A DNA stretch of 64,000 bases from Patescibacteria group bacterium (GTDB lineage: Bacteria > Patescibacteriota > Patescibacteriia > Patescibacteriales > JBAZCA01), in the NCBI GenBank assembly GCA_041671125.1, contig JBAZCA010000003.1, positions 689 through 64,688 of the forward strand, written 5' to 3'. Positions 44,958 through 54,133 of the stretch are shown piece by piece. Under the pieces are notes generated by a model that saw only the letters and a program-made list of their open reading frames with translations, searched no databases and was not told where the DNA came from. The translations under genes and the position numbers were made by a program. Every line of letters begins with the position of its first letter. The first letter of the stretch is position 1.

Positions 44958-45677
44958 CTACTTTCCGGCGATTAAATAATAATTAAATTCGTCTTTAAAA
45001 ACGCTTTCTACTTTTAACCCGGATTTTTCCGCTGTTCTTTTTAGTTCTCCGGCGGTAAAGGCGTGATAATAGCGAAGGCTCATAAGCCCCTGGCCTTTCC
45101 AGTGGAAAAAAATATCGCCGAAGTCATATTCATACAGTCCGAAAACCTTTTTCAGCGAACTCGTAAATAAACGCGGCCAAAACTTTTTCTGACCCCAGAT
45201 ATTCCAGGCGGTTAAAAGGATTTTCCCGTCTTCCTTGAGGTATTTTTTTGCCTCATTCAGGAATCGCTCCCTGACTTCGCTCCCGGGAAGGTGGTGCAGG
45301 ACAGCCAGGCAGAATATGTAATCATATTTTTTTTCCTGAATTTCGCCGATTTTTTCCAGTTCAAGAATATCGCCGGTTAAAAATTCAACCGAACTGCTAA
45401 TATTGCCAAAATTCTTTTTCGCGTATTCTATTATTTCCGGAATAAAATCAATCCCCGTGTAAATTATTTTGTTATCTTCAAAAGCCTGCAAAAGCCTTCC
45501 GTTGCCGCAACCTAAATCAAGAATAGAACTGCCCTCTTTTGCTTTGCCGGCGAATTTTATCACTTCGGACCAAAGCGGCCCGAGATGCCGCTTTCTTGTT
45601 TCATTAAAATCGTCAACAATCTCCGTGTAGTTTTTTTTGACTATCGCATGTAATTTTTCCTGGGCCTTTTCATTCAT
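44958..45677 (-). CDS. class I SAM-dependent methyltransferase
   Basis: ILDLGCGNGRL motif I and a downstream acidic loop GIDF. Confidence 0.7.
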   Translation of the reverse strand: MNEKAQEKLHAIVKKNYTEIVDDFNETRKRHLGPLWSEVIKFAGKAKEGSSILDLGCGNGRLLQAFEDNKIIYTGIDFIPEIIEYAKKNFGNISSSVEFLTGDILELEKIGEIQEKKYDYIFCLAVLHHLPGSEVRERFLNEAKKYLKEDGKILLTAWNIWGQKKFWPRLFTSSLKKVFGLYEYDFGDIFFHWKGQGLMSLRYYHAFTAGELKRTAEKSGLKVESVFKDEFNYYLIAGK

Positions 45678-45690
45678 AATCCGGACTATG

Positions 45691-47820
45691 TTACGCTTTA
45701 TTTTTTCTATACTTAGCCGCGCAAAACCTTATCTCGCCATATGTAATCTCATCCCCGATCAGCTCTTTTATTGGCTTCATTTTTTCATCGCCGACGAGTT
45801 TTATGGCCGCCATAATTTTCTTTTCCGCCTTTTCGGGAAGCCATTCGCTTAAATCTTTAATTAGATCCCTTTCGTATAAATAGACAATATGCTTTTCCAC
45901 CGTCTCAACGGTTAATTCTCTTTCCTCGGCTATTGCTTCAAGGCTCATCCCTTCCTTAAATAAATCATATGTTGCCAATTGAGTCAATTTTGTCTCCAGC
46001 TTTATTGACGGTTCTCTTTTCTCTTTATGGCTGTATCCGGCTCGGTCGGATTTCGGCTCCCTTTTCGGCGGCGCGTTTTTTCTCGCGTAACCGGAACCGA
46101 CGAGGCAGTTATCGCATTTATCGCACTCCCGCGGCTCTTCTTCGCCAAAATAATCAAGGATATATTTCTGCCGGCAACCGAAATGGTAAACATAATTTTC
46201 CATGGCCTCCAATTTTTCGTAGGCTCGGCTTAGTTTCTCTTTGATGGCGCGGAAATCCAGCTTTACTTCTTCCTTATTCACCCTTTTTAAAATGCGGATC
46301 TCGGTTCCTTTGAAAGGCGGGCGGTATTCAAGAAAACCTTGCTCGGCCGATTTGCGCAATGCCCGGTTCAGGCTGTCTTTTTTTATCCCTAACACCCCGG
46401 CTGCTTCTTCGGCGTTAAAATCCAGGCCCTCGTTAATTTTCCGGCCATAATAGTCAAAAAGCTTTTCCATAGTTTCAATTCGTTTCGTTGACCGGCCGGA
46501 AACGAGATTGGCCATCTTCCGTGTATCTTCAAGGAATTTTAAATAAGCATTACCGCTTTTTTCCCGCGCCCGGCTTAGATAGCCTTCCCGTTCAAGAATT
46601 TTCAACGCCGTGCCGATAGCCATATCCGGAACGTCGTGGCCAGCGAGCATCTCCTTTAAAGATGAATAGGTTACAAGTATTGGATCAGTATCCATGGAAC
46701 ATAGTATTTCATACAAATCCAGAGTCATCTCTGGCGGCGGGTTGTCGCCTTTGATAAAAAATTCCCTTAAATAGCGGTCGCGGGGCGAATAGAGAAGGAG
46801 GCATAAAGCCGGTTTGCCGTCGCGTCCGGCCCGGCCGGCTTCCTGGTAATAGGCTTCAATCGTGCCGGGCATGTCGTGATGGATTACAAAGCGGATATCT
46901 TTTTTATCAATTCCCAGGCCGAAGGCGTTGGTGGCAACAATGACGCGAGCCTTGCCAGACATAAAATCCTCCTGCACCCATTTGCGTTCTTCGGCTTCCA
47001 TGCCGGCGTGATAGCCGACCGCCTCTATTCCCTGGTTTAAAAGCTCGGTTAAAATTTCATCAGCTTTGGCTCTGGTGCCGGCATAAACGATGCCGCCGCC
47101 TTCGTTCATGGAATTAATGGTATTGAAAATAATCTGGATTTTTGTAGCCGAGTTTGCCTGGATGGCGCCGAACTGGAGACCGGGGCGGCTAAAGCCGGTA
47201 ACGACCGATGCCGGATTTTCCATTTTCAGCTGTTTTTTTATGTCTTCGCGGACTTCGGGCGTGGCCGTGGCCGTTAAAGCGATAACCGGCGGCCTGCCCG
47301 CCGAAGAAGAAGGACGCCCGACCGCGGAAATGGCTGACCAAAGTTTCATATAACTCGGGCGGAAATCATGTCCCCATTCCGAGATACAATGGGCTTCGTC
47401 AATGGCAAAAAGGCTTACTTTTAAATCTTTCAGAGCGACCATAAAATCGGCGTTGTAAAATCTTTCCGGCGCGATATAGAGAAGTTTAACGGCGCCGGTC
47501 TTCGCCTCGCCGAGCCGCCGGGCGCTTTCTTCGGGCGTTAAAGAACTGTTAATGAATGTCGCCGGAATGTTTCTTCTTTGCAGGGAGTCCACCTGGTCTT
47601 TCATTAGGGCGATTAAAGGGGAAATAACAATGGTCAGGCCGTCCATGATAAGCGCCGGGAGCTGGTAGCATAAAGATTTTCCCCCGCCGGTCGGCATGAT
47701 TATTAAAGCATCTTTGCCTTCCAGCGCGGCGGAAATCGCCCGCTCCTGTCCGGGCCGAAAATGATCATAGTTAAAATATACCTTTAAAGCCTCGCTGATT
47801 TTATTATTAATTTCAGACAT
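45691..47820 (-). CDS. recQ: ATP-dependent DNA helicase RecQ
   Basis: FRPGQERAI, MPTGGGKSLCYQLPAL, DEAHCISEWGHDFRPSY and a Zn-binding CxxC..C..C region. Start moved to the ATG at 47820. Confidence 0.9.
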   Translation of the reverse strand: MSEINNKISEALKVYFNYDHFRPGQERAISAALEGKDALIIMPTGGGKSLCYQLPALIMDGLTIVISPLIALMKDQVDSLQRRNIPATFINSSLTPEESARRLGEAKTGAVKLLYIAPERFYNADFMVALKDLKVSLFAIDEAHCISEWGHDFRPSYMKLWSAISAVGRPSSSAGRPPVIALTATATPEVREDIKKQLKMENPASVVTGFSRPGLQFGAIQANSATKIQIIFNTINSMNEGGGIVYAGTRAKADEILTELLNQGIEAVGYHAGMEAEERKWVQEDFMSGKARVIVATNAFGLGIDKKDIRFVIHHDMPGTIEAYYQEAGRAGRDGKPALCLLLYSPRDRYLREFFIKGDNPPPEMTLDLYEILCSMDTDPILVTYSSLKEMLAGHDVPDMAIGTALKILEREGYLSRAREKSGNAYLKFLEDTRKMANLVSGRSTKRIETMEKLFDYYGRKINEGLDFNAEEAAGVLGIKKDSLNRALRKSAEQGFLEYRPPFKGTEIRILKRVNKEEVKLDFRAIKEKLSRAYEKLEAMENYVYHFGCRQKYILDYFGEEEPRECDKCDNCLVGSGYARKNAPPKREPKSDRAGYSHKEKREPSIKLETKLTQLATYDLFKEGMSLEAIAEERELTVETVEKHIVYLYERDLIKDLSEWLPEKAEKKIMAAIKLVGDEKMKPIKELIGDEITYGEIRFCAAKYRKNKA

Positions 47821-47884
47821 GAGAATTCTAATTTCCAAATTTATTTTAAGCTATCCTAACATTACCAGCAATAAATTTTTCCGT

Positions 47885-47908
47885 CAAAAAAACCGCGATA
47901 AGCGGTTT
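47885..47908 (-). terminator. intrinsic terminator after folD
   Basis: aaccgc / gcggtt stem, followed on the minus strand by a T8 run. Confidence 0.55.
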
Positions 47909-47933
47909 AATTTTCAACTCTAACTAAAAGATC

Positions 47934-48782
47934 TTAGGAAATATGCCTTTTCTTATAAAGCTCCAAAGTGTTCCGTAAAGTGATCGCCACGGTCATCGGC
48001 CCGACGCCGCCGGGCACGGGAGTAATATAGCCATCCAGGTCTTTTACGTCGGAAAAATCCACGTCGCCGTAAGTTGAACCCTGGTCGCGGGTAATACCGA
48101 CGTCAATCACGATCGCGCCGTTCTTAACCATGTTCTTTTTTATGAATTTCGGCCGGCCGATTACCGGAATTAATATATCGGCTTTCGCGGTTTTCTCCGC
48201 CAGTTCCGGATCATCAGGATGAACTTTTTCCGCTTTCGCGCCTTTGCAGGCAAAAACTTTTACCAGGTTGCCGCCGAATATTTCACTTTTGGAGACCACT
48301 GCCACGTTCTTATCCCGGACGTCATATTGCAGGCTCTTTAGCATTTCAAAAATAACGCCGTAAACCGGCGGCAGGATATGGCTTGAGTCGCAGGCGGTAG
48401 TAACGGGCAGAATATTTTTCGGATGAAAGCAGTCAACGTCTTTTTCCGGGCTGATCCGGGAAACGACTTCATCAGTATCGTAACCCATGTCTTTCGGCAA
48501 AGGCAGTTGGACTAAAATCGCGTCAATCGTTTCATCCTTATTTAAAAAATCTATGGTTTTTAAAAGTTCGGCCTGACCGACATTAGCCGGACATTTATAA
48601 AGATGCGTATCCACGCCGACTTTTTTTCCGGCTTCAAGTTTTTTCCGGACGTAAAGATCCGAATCCGGATTATCGCCGACTAAAACTACTGCCAGGTTCG
48701 GCCGCTCGCCCAGCTTTATGACTTCAGCCACGGTTTGATCATTTACTTTTTCCGCCAATTTTTTTCCGTCAATTATATTCAT
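47934..48782 (-). CDS. folD: bifunctional methylenetetrahydrofolate dehydrogenase/cyclohydrolase
   Basis: MNIIDGKKLA start, LVGDNPDSDLYVRKK, ILVQLPLP and PVPGGVGPMTVA. Start moved to the ATG at 48782; the upstream MSYGLRV extension is heptamer-encoded. Confidence 0.93.
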   Translation of the reverse strand: MNIIDGKKLAEKVNDQTVAEVIKLGERPNLAVVLVGDNPDSDLYVRKKLEAGKKVGVDTHLYKCPANVGQAELLKTIDFLNKDETIDAILVQLPLPKDMGYDTDEVVSRISPEKDVDCFHPKNILPVTTACDSSHILPPVYGVIFEMLKSLQYDVRDKNVAVVSKSEIFGGNLVKVFACKGAKAEKVHPDDPELAEKTAKADILIPVIGRPKFIKKNMVKNGAIVIDVGITRDQGSTYGDVDFSDVKDLDGYITPVPGGVGPMTVAITLRNTLELYKKRHIS

Positions 48783-48869
48783 AACTCGTAACCCATAACT
48801 CATAACCTGATCTCTGCAACTTTTTGTGATGAGTGAAAGTTACGAGTTATGGGTTACGAGTTATGAGAT
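48783..48869. repeat. near-perfect inverted heptamer arrays (RTAACYC units) in the glyA-folD spacer
   Basis: ataactcgtaacccataactcataac (from 48781) and gttacgagttatgggttacgagttatgag (48839-48867) are reverse complements with one mismatch, separated by about 32 nt. Confidence 0.8.
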
Positions 48870-50114
48870 CTATATACTCGGAATGGGGTGAGCTAAACAC
48901 ATTTCACGCACTTCTTCCCTTATCCTCTCAAGCACTTCCGGTTCGTCGCGGTGCTCAATCGCGGCGTTAATCCAGGTAACGATTTTTTTAATTTCATCTT
49001 CTTTCATGCCCCGGGTAGTTATGGCCGGAGTGCCGAAGCGGACGCCGGACGGGTTGGCCGGCGGGTTGGGGTCGTTCGGGATAGTTGAGCGGCTGGAGGA
49101 AATTCCCACCTTATCCAAAATTATTTCCGTATCTTTGCCCCTTAAATTTTTTGAAGTCATATCAACGACCATTAAGTGGTTGTCGGTTCCGTCAGAAACG
49201 ATACGGTAACCCAGTTTTTTCAATTCCTCGGCCATAAGTTTGGCGTTCTTTATCACCTGCCCCGCGTATTCCTTAAACTCCGGCTGGAGCGCTTCGCCGT
49301 AAGCGACGGCTTTGGCGGCCTGGATATGGTCGTGCGGCCCGCCTTGCATGCCCGGGAATACCGCCCGATCTACCTGCTTGGCAAATTGCTCTTTGCACAT
49401 GATCATAGCGCCGCGCGGTCCGCGGAGGGTTTTATGGGTGGTGGTTGTAACAACGTCAAAGAGCGGCACCGGGTTATTCATGAGGCCAGCGGCGATTAGC
49501 CCTGCCGTATGGGCGATATCGGCGAAAGTAAACGCCCCGACTTCATCGGCGATTTCTTTGAATTTCTGCCAGTCAATTTCCCGGCTGTAGGCGCTATAGC
49601 CGGCGACGATCATTTTCGGCTTTTCGCGTAAAGCCACTTCCCGGACTTTTTCCATGTCCAGCCGGCCAGCTTCCGCGTCAAGCTCGTATTGGACGAAATT
49701 GTAAAGCATGCCGGAAAAATTTATCGGGTGGCCATGCGAAAGGTGGCCGCCGTGATCAAGGCGAAGCCCCAATACCTTATCGCCGGGCTTTAAAAAAGCA
49801 AAGTAAACCGCCGCGTTGGCCGGAGAGCCGGAAAGGGGCTGGACATTCACATGTTCGGCATTAAATAATTTTTTTGCCCGGTCAATGGCGATGTCGTCCA
49901 CTTCGTCAATGTTCTGGTTGCCGCCGTAATAGCGGTGTCCGCCGTAGCCTTCAGAATATTTATTGGTCAGAACCGTGGCCATGGCTTCCATAACCGCTTT
50001 GGAGGCGTAATTTTCCGAGGCAATAAGCTCCATCTCTTCCGACTGCCGCTTCATTTCCTTTTTTACCGCCGCCATGATTTCCGGATCTCCTTTTGATAAG
50101 TTTGGATACTCCAT
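48870..50114 (-). CDS. glyA: serine hydroxymethyltransferase
   Basis: LIASENYASKAV, TTTTHKTLRGPRG (PLP Lys) and overall length. Start moved to the ATG at 50114. Confidence 0.95.
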   Translation of the reverse strand: MEYPNLSKGDPEIMAAVKKEMKRQSEEMELIASENYASKAVMEAMATVLTNKYSEGYGGHRYYGGNQNIDEVDDIAIDRAKKLFNAEHVNVQPLSGSPANAAVYFAFLKPGDKVLGLRLDHGGHLSHGHPINFSGMLYNFVQYELDAEAGRLDMEKVREVALREKPKMIVAGYSAYSREIDWQKFKEIADEVGAFTFADIAHTAGLIAAGLMNNPVPLFDVVTTTTHKTLRGPRGAMIMCKEQFAKQVDRAVFPGMQGGPHDHIQAAKAVAYGEALQPEFKEYAGQVIKNAKLMAEELKKLGYRIVSDGTDNHLMVVDMTSKNLRGKDTEIILDKVGISSSRSTIPNDPNPPANPSGVRFGTPAITTRGMKEDEIKKIVTWINAAIEHRDEPEVLERIREEVREMCLAHPIPSI

Positions 50115-50295
50115 AAAATAAAAGAGGCAGATAACGGCCAGTAGTTTGCGCCACTTATTCCTATTATCCGCGTTAATTAGCAACTTTTCTATTTTAATCC
50201 TATGCCAAATTCAGCTGTTTGTCAAAACGCCGAACGCGCGAGCGAGGCGTCCCGCGGCCGAAGACGCGCGGGAACTCTCGCGCGGACAGAGATTA

Positions 50296-50328
50296 ACAAA
50301 ACAAAACTGTCCGAAAATATCGGACAGT
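50296..50328 (-). terminator. intrinsic terminator after the HD-domain gene
   Basis: ctgtccg / cggacag stem, followed on the minus strand by TTTTGTTTTGTT. Confidence 0.55.
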
Positions 50329-50341
50329 CTATATACCACGC

Positions 50342-50935
50342 TCACCTATATAATTTTTCGTAAGTCATCTTTTTTAATCCCTTCCACCAATCGGTAAATT
50401 TGGTTTTTTTCATTTCCTTGATTATTTTTTTGGCTGACGCGGTCTCCAGGGCTTTTTCCACGTTTTTTATCCAATCTTCAGTAAAGACGAAACCGACGTC
50501 CACGTATTCTTTGGCCTGAAAAGCGGTTTCCAGCCAGTCGGCGTCTTTAGCGATTATGCCTTCCTTAGTATTCCGATTTTCAAATTCATTAAAATAAGCC
50601 TGCCACTTTTTTTCAATCTCGCCGCCTAAGTTTTTAAGCTGGTCGCTAAAAGCTTCAGCTTCGGCGTCTTTAACGGAAAAATAGCGGGCTGATACTTTAT
50701 TCTGGTCGCCGACCCTAGCTTCGCCGTTATCATGAATTAAAACCATAGCCGCCACTTTTTCCGGATTAGCGTCTCCTTCCATGACCGCGAGAATATAACC
50801 GATCTGAGCCGCGCGCATGACATGCTCGGCCACGGTATCCGGGTTCTTAACGCCGGCCAGCTGAAACCCCGAGTGCCGCTGGCGCTTTAACTGGCTCATT
50901 TCAAAAATATGATTGACGATGTTTTTGATATTCAT
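50342..50935 (-). CDS. HD-domain phosphohydrolase (YfbR-like 5'-nucleotidase family)
   Basis: VAEHVMRAAQIGYILA ... LIHDNGEARVGDQ (H...HD...D pattern). Confidence 0.7.
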   Translation of the reverse strand: MNIKNIVNHIFEMSQLKRQRHSGFQLAGVKNPDTVAEHVMRAAQIGYILAVMEGDANPEKVAAMVLIHDNGEARVGDQNKVSARYFSVKDAEAEAFSDQLKNLGGEIEKKWQAYFNEFENRNTKEGIIAKDADWLETAFQAKEYVDVGFVFTEDWIKNVEKALETASAKKIIKEMKKTKFTDWWKGLKKMTYEKLYR

Positions 50936-50955
50936 AAAAACATTATATCACAATA

Positions 50956-52365
50956 TCACGCTTTTCCTAAAAACCTCTTCTTTCTTAAAAGCCGGTGATA
51001 GCCGATGGCAAAACGGTGGGCTTCGTCTCTGACCCGCTTAATTAAATGCAAGGCGGGCGAGGCGAGCGGCAGTTCCAAAGGAGTTTTTTCCCCGGCGAAA
51101 AAAAGCTTGTCCGGCGCTAAGGCTGATCTTAAACCTTCACCTTTTGAAATAGCGATTACCGGAATATCCAGTTTATATTTTTTCAGCGCGCGCAAAGCCA
51201 CGTTCAATTGCGCCTTGCCGCCGTCAATAATTACGAGGTCCGGCAAAGGCCAATTATCTTTCTCTCGCCCCCTCCCCTCTGATTCGCCAGCTGGCGGAGA
51301 TAGGGGGAGGTCAGGGAGGGGGTTTTTGCGAGAGAGAAAATGTTTAAATCTCCTCGCTAGCACCTCTTCAAGCATTTTTATATCCCCGCCGCGAGCCTTT
51401 AAGCCGGTAAAAATTATCTTATCCGCCTTAATCTTAAATTTCCGATACTGGCTTCTATCGGGCTCGCCGCCGGAAAATACCACCATTGATCCGACCGCCT
51501 CTCTGCCGAAAATATTAGATATATCATAGCCTTCAATCCGTTCAGGCACAACCGGCAATGACATTATTTTCGCGAGTTCCAGAACGTCGTTTTGGTATTT
51601 TTCCCCGATACTTATAACCCGGGACATTTCAATAACTTTTTCTATATTTAACAAACGATAATTAAGGAGGTCAATATTTTTTTCCAACAATTCTCTTTCT
51701 TCTCCGTTAGCCGGTAAATTTTTAATTCGTAATTCATAATTCTTAATTCTTTTCTTTATATCGTTAACCACGTCCTTTTTCCTTCCTTCTAAAAATCTTA
51801 TGACCTGTTTTACGTACTCAAGATACTCTTTATGGCTGATTTTTTTTTCGCACATTCCGGCGCACTTACCAACGTAATAATACAGGCAGGCGCGTTTTGG
51901 TAAATTATAGCAAGTTCGGTAGGGCCAGATCCGACGGATGATTTTTAAAGTTTCACGCACCGCCAGTCCTGAAATAAACGGACCGAAATATTTTCCGGAT
52001 TTATCAATCGTCCGGGTGGAGTAAATCCGCGGCCACTCCTCTTCAACGGAAACCTTTATATAAGAAAAGCGTTTGTCGTCGCGGAACAGGATATTGTATT
52101 TAGGCTGATATTTTTTTATCAGGTTAGCTTCCAGTAAAAACGCCTCTACTTCGCTTTCCACTGTTATCCATTTTACGCGCGCGATTTCCCCGACCATGCG
52201 CTCTTTGGCCGGCGTAAGACCAGAACCTTTTTGCCAATATGAAAGAACGCGGGATTTCAGGTTTACCGCTTTTCCCGCGTAAATAATTTCCCCGGCGCCG
52301 TCAAAAAATTCATAACAGCCGGGAGATTCGGGAATGTTCAATTTTTTTATTTGTTCCAGCTTCAT
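50956..52365 (-). CDS. uvrC: excinuclease ABC subunit C, short form (469 aa)
   Basis: GIY-YIG (PGCYEFFDGAGEIIYAGKAVNLKSRV) and an RNase H-like endonuclease region (IEGYDISN, DGGKAQL, DEAHRFAI). It ends before any (HhH)2 domain. Carries an in-frame heptamer array and a GC palindrome. Confidence 0.85.
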   Translation of the reverse strand: MKLEQIKKLNIPESPGCYEFFDGAGEIIYAGKAVNLKSRVLSYWQKGSGLTPAKERMVGEIARVKWITVESEVEAFLLEANLIKKYQPKYNILFRDDKRFSYIKVSVEEEWPRIYSTRTIDKSGKYFGPFISGLAVRETLKIIRRIWPYRTCYNLPKRACLYYYVGKCAGMCEKKISHKEYLEYVKQVIRFLEGRKKDVVNDIKKRIKNYELRIKNLPANGEERELLEKNIDLLNYRLLNIEKVIEMSRVISIGEKYQNDVLELAKIMSLPVVPERIEGYDISNIFGREAVGSMVVFSGGEPDRSQYRKFKIKADKIIFTGLKARGGDIKMLEEVLARRFKHFLSRKNPLPDLPLSPPAGESEGRGREKDNWPLPDLVIIDGGKAQLNVALRALKKYKLDIPVIAISKGEGLRSALAPDKLFFAGEKTPLELPLASPALHLIKRVRDEAHRFAIGYHRLLRKKRFLGKA

Positions 52366-52411
52366 GGGGTTAACGTAAAATGAATTATGCTTACTGCTGA
52401 TTTTGAAGTTC

Positions 52412-52507
52412 CATTATTCATAATTCGTAATTCATAATTCAATTTTTTCATTTTACATTGTCATTTTTATTTTCCCGCCCGACTGAACGCCAGTCGTTCG
52501 GGCGGGT
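52412..52507. repeat. heptamer array plus CCCGCCCG...TTCGGGCGGG hairpin, intergenic copy
   Basis: cattatt cataatt cgtaatt cataatt caatttt ... then cccgcccgactgaacgccagtcgttcgggcggg followed by tgattttt. Related to the in-frame rpoB copy at 16811-16858. Confidence 0.7.
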
Positions 52508-52550
52508 GATTTTTACATTTTAATTTAAACTATCATATCATCCTCCTAAT

Positions 52551-52579
52551 AAAAAACAACCCCGGATTACCGGGATTGT
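52551..52579 (-). terminator. intrinsic terminator after the ferredoxin gene
   Basis: On the minus strand: acaatcccgg taat ccggggttgt followed by TTTTTTATT. Confidence 0.6.
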
Positions 52580-52589
52580 CTGGGAGCTT

Positions 52590-52781
52590 TTATTCCTCAA
52601 TCGTTATCGCCTGAACCGGGCAGGAAGCGGCCGCGTTCTTTGTGCATTCATTTACTTCATCGTCCCGCGTAGTGCGGGGTTCGGCTTTGCCGGTCTCGTC
52701 ATTCATCTTAAAATGTTCCGGGCAAAGGGCCGCGCAGGCGCCGCAGCCGATGCAGGTGTCTTCGTCAATTTTCACGGGCAT
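52590..52781 (-). CDS. fdx: small 4Fe-4S ferredoxin
   Basis: 63 aa with CIGCGACAALCP plus a distal C..CP. Confidence 0.85.
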   Translation of the reverse strand: MPVKIDEDTCIGCGACAALCPEHFKMNDETGKAEPRTTRDDEVNECTKNAAASCPVQAITIEE

Positions 52782-52891
52782 AATTCAGGTATGGTTATTT
52801 AGTAATTAAACTTTCATTTTATTATAACAGTTATTAAAAATAATAAAAGTTTTTTTGACAAACCGGCTTTTTTCCCATAATATCAGAGTAT

Positions 52892-54133
52892 ATGAAACAA
52901 TCGCAACTTTTTACCAAAACCTTAAAACAGACTCCCTCCGACGAACAAAGCTATAACGCCCGGGCGCTTATCCAGGGAGGATTTATTAATAAAGAAATGG
53001 CCGGGGTTTATGATTTTCTGCCGCTTGGGCTTCGGGTACTGAATAAAATCATCGCCATTATAAGAGAAGAGATTAATGCCGTCGGCGGGCAGGAAACCTT
53101 TTTAGCGTCGCTCCAAAATCCGGAACTTTGGAAAAAAACCAACCGCTGGGACGACGCGATTTATGATGTCTGGTTTAAGACCAAACTGAAAAACGATACC
53201 GAACTCGGCCTCGCGACGACGCACGAAGAACCGCTGACCAACCTCTTAAGAAAACATATTTCCTCTTACAAAGACCTGCCGAAAAGCATTTATCATTTCC
53301 AGACTAAATTCCGGAACGAAACCCGGGCAAAGTCTGGCCTGATGCGGCTTCGGGAGTTTATCATGAAAGACGCTTATTCTTTCCACGCGAGCGAAGAAGA
53401 CCTTGACGCCTATTACGAAAAAATGAAAGCGGCCTATACGAATATTTTTAAGCGGGCGGGCTTGGGCGATCTGACTTACCTCACTTTCGCTTCGGGCGGA
53501 ACCTTTTCAAAATATTCCCATGAATTTCAAACCTTAACTTCGGCCGGCGAAGATATTATTTACATCTGCGAAAAATGCCGCGTTGCCCTAAACCGGGAGA
53601 TTATTGAAGACGTGAACCATAAATGCACGGAATGCGGCAACGACAAGCTGAGAGAAGAAAAGGCGGTTGAAGTCGGGAATATTTTTAAGCTAAAAACAAA
53701 ATACTCCAGTCCCTTAGGCCTTGCGTTCATGGATGAAGAAGGCGTTTCAAAAGACGTGGTTATGGGCTGTTACGGCATTGGGCCGCAAAGGCTCATGGGA
53801 ACGGTGGTTGAAACCTTGCATGACGAAAAAGGGATAATCTGGCCGGAAGCCATCGCCCCTTTTAAGGTGCATATCCTGAGCTTAAACAAAGGAACCGAAG
53901 CGGAAAAAATCTACGCTGATTTAAGCTCAGCCGGTATTGAAGTTCTCTTTGACGACCGGGAATTAACCGCCGGAGAAAAATTCGCCGACGCGGATCTAAT
54001 CGGCATCCCTTACCGCGTCGTCGTCAGCGAAAAGTCGCTCGCGGCCGGCGGGGTGGAAGTGAAAAAAAGAAGTGAGAAGGAAGGGGATATTGAAAAAGTT
54101 GAAAACTTGTTGAAGCTGTTTTTAAAAAATTAA
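52892..54133 (+). CDS. proS: proline--tRNA ligase, minimal bacterial-type form lacking the INS editing domain
   Basis: MKQSQLFTKTLKQTPSDEQSYNARALIQGGFI start, motif 2 FRNETRAKSGLMRLREFIMKDAYSF, and a C-terminal anticodon-binding domain. Only 413 aa, with CEKC...CTEC between motifs 2 and 3. Confidence 0.9.
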   Translation: MKQSQLFTKTLKQTPSDEQSYNARALIQGGFINKEMAGVYDFLPLGLRVLNKIIAIIREEINAVGGQETFLASLQNPELWKKTNRWDDAIYDVWFKTKLKNDTELGLATTHEEPLTNLLRKHISSYKDLPKSIYHFQTKFRNETRAKSGLMRLREFIMKDAYSFHASEEDLDAYYEKMKAAYTNIFKRAGLGDLTYLTFASGGTFSKYSHEFQTLTSAGEDIIYICEKCRVALNREIIEDVNHKCTECGNDKLREEKAVEVGNIFKLKTKYSSPLGLAFMDEEGVSKDVVMGCYGIGPQRLMGTVVETLHDEKGIIWPEAIAPFKVHILSLNKGTEAEKIYADLSSAGIEVLFDDRELTAGEKFADADLIGIPYRVVVSEKSLAAGGVEVKKRSEKEGDIEKVENLLKLFLKN

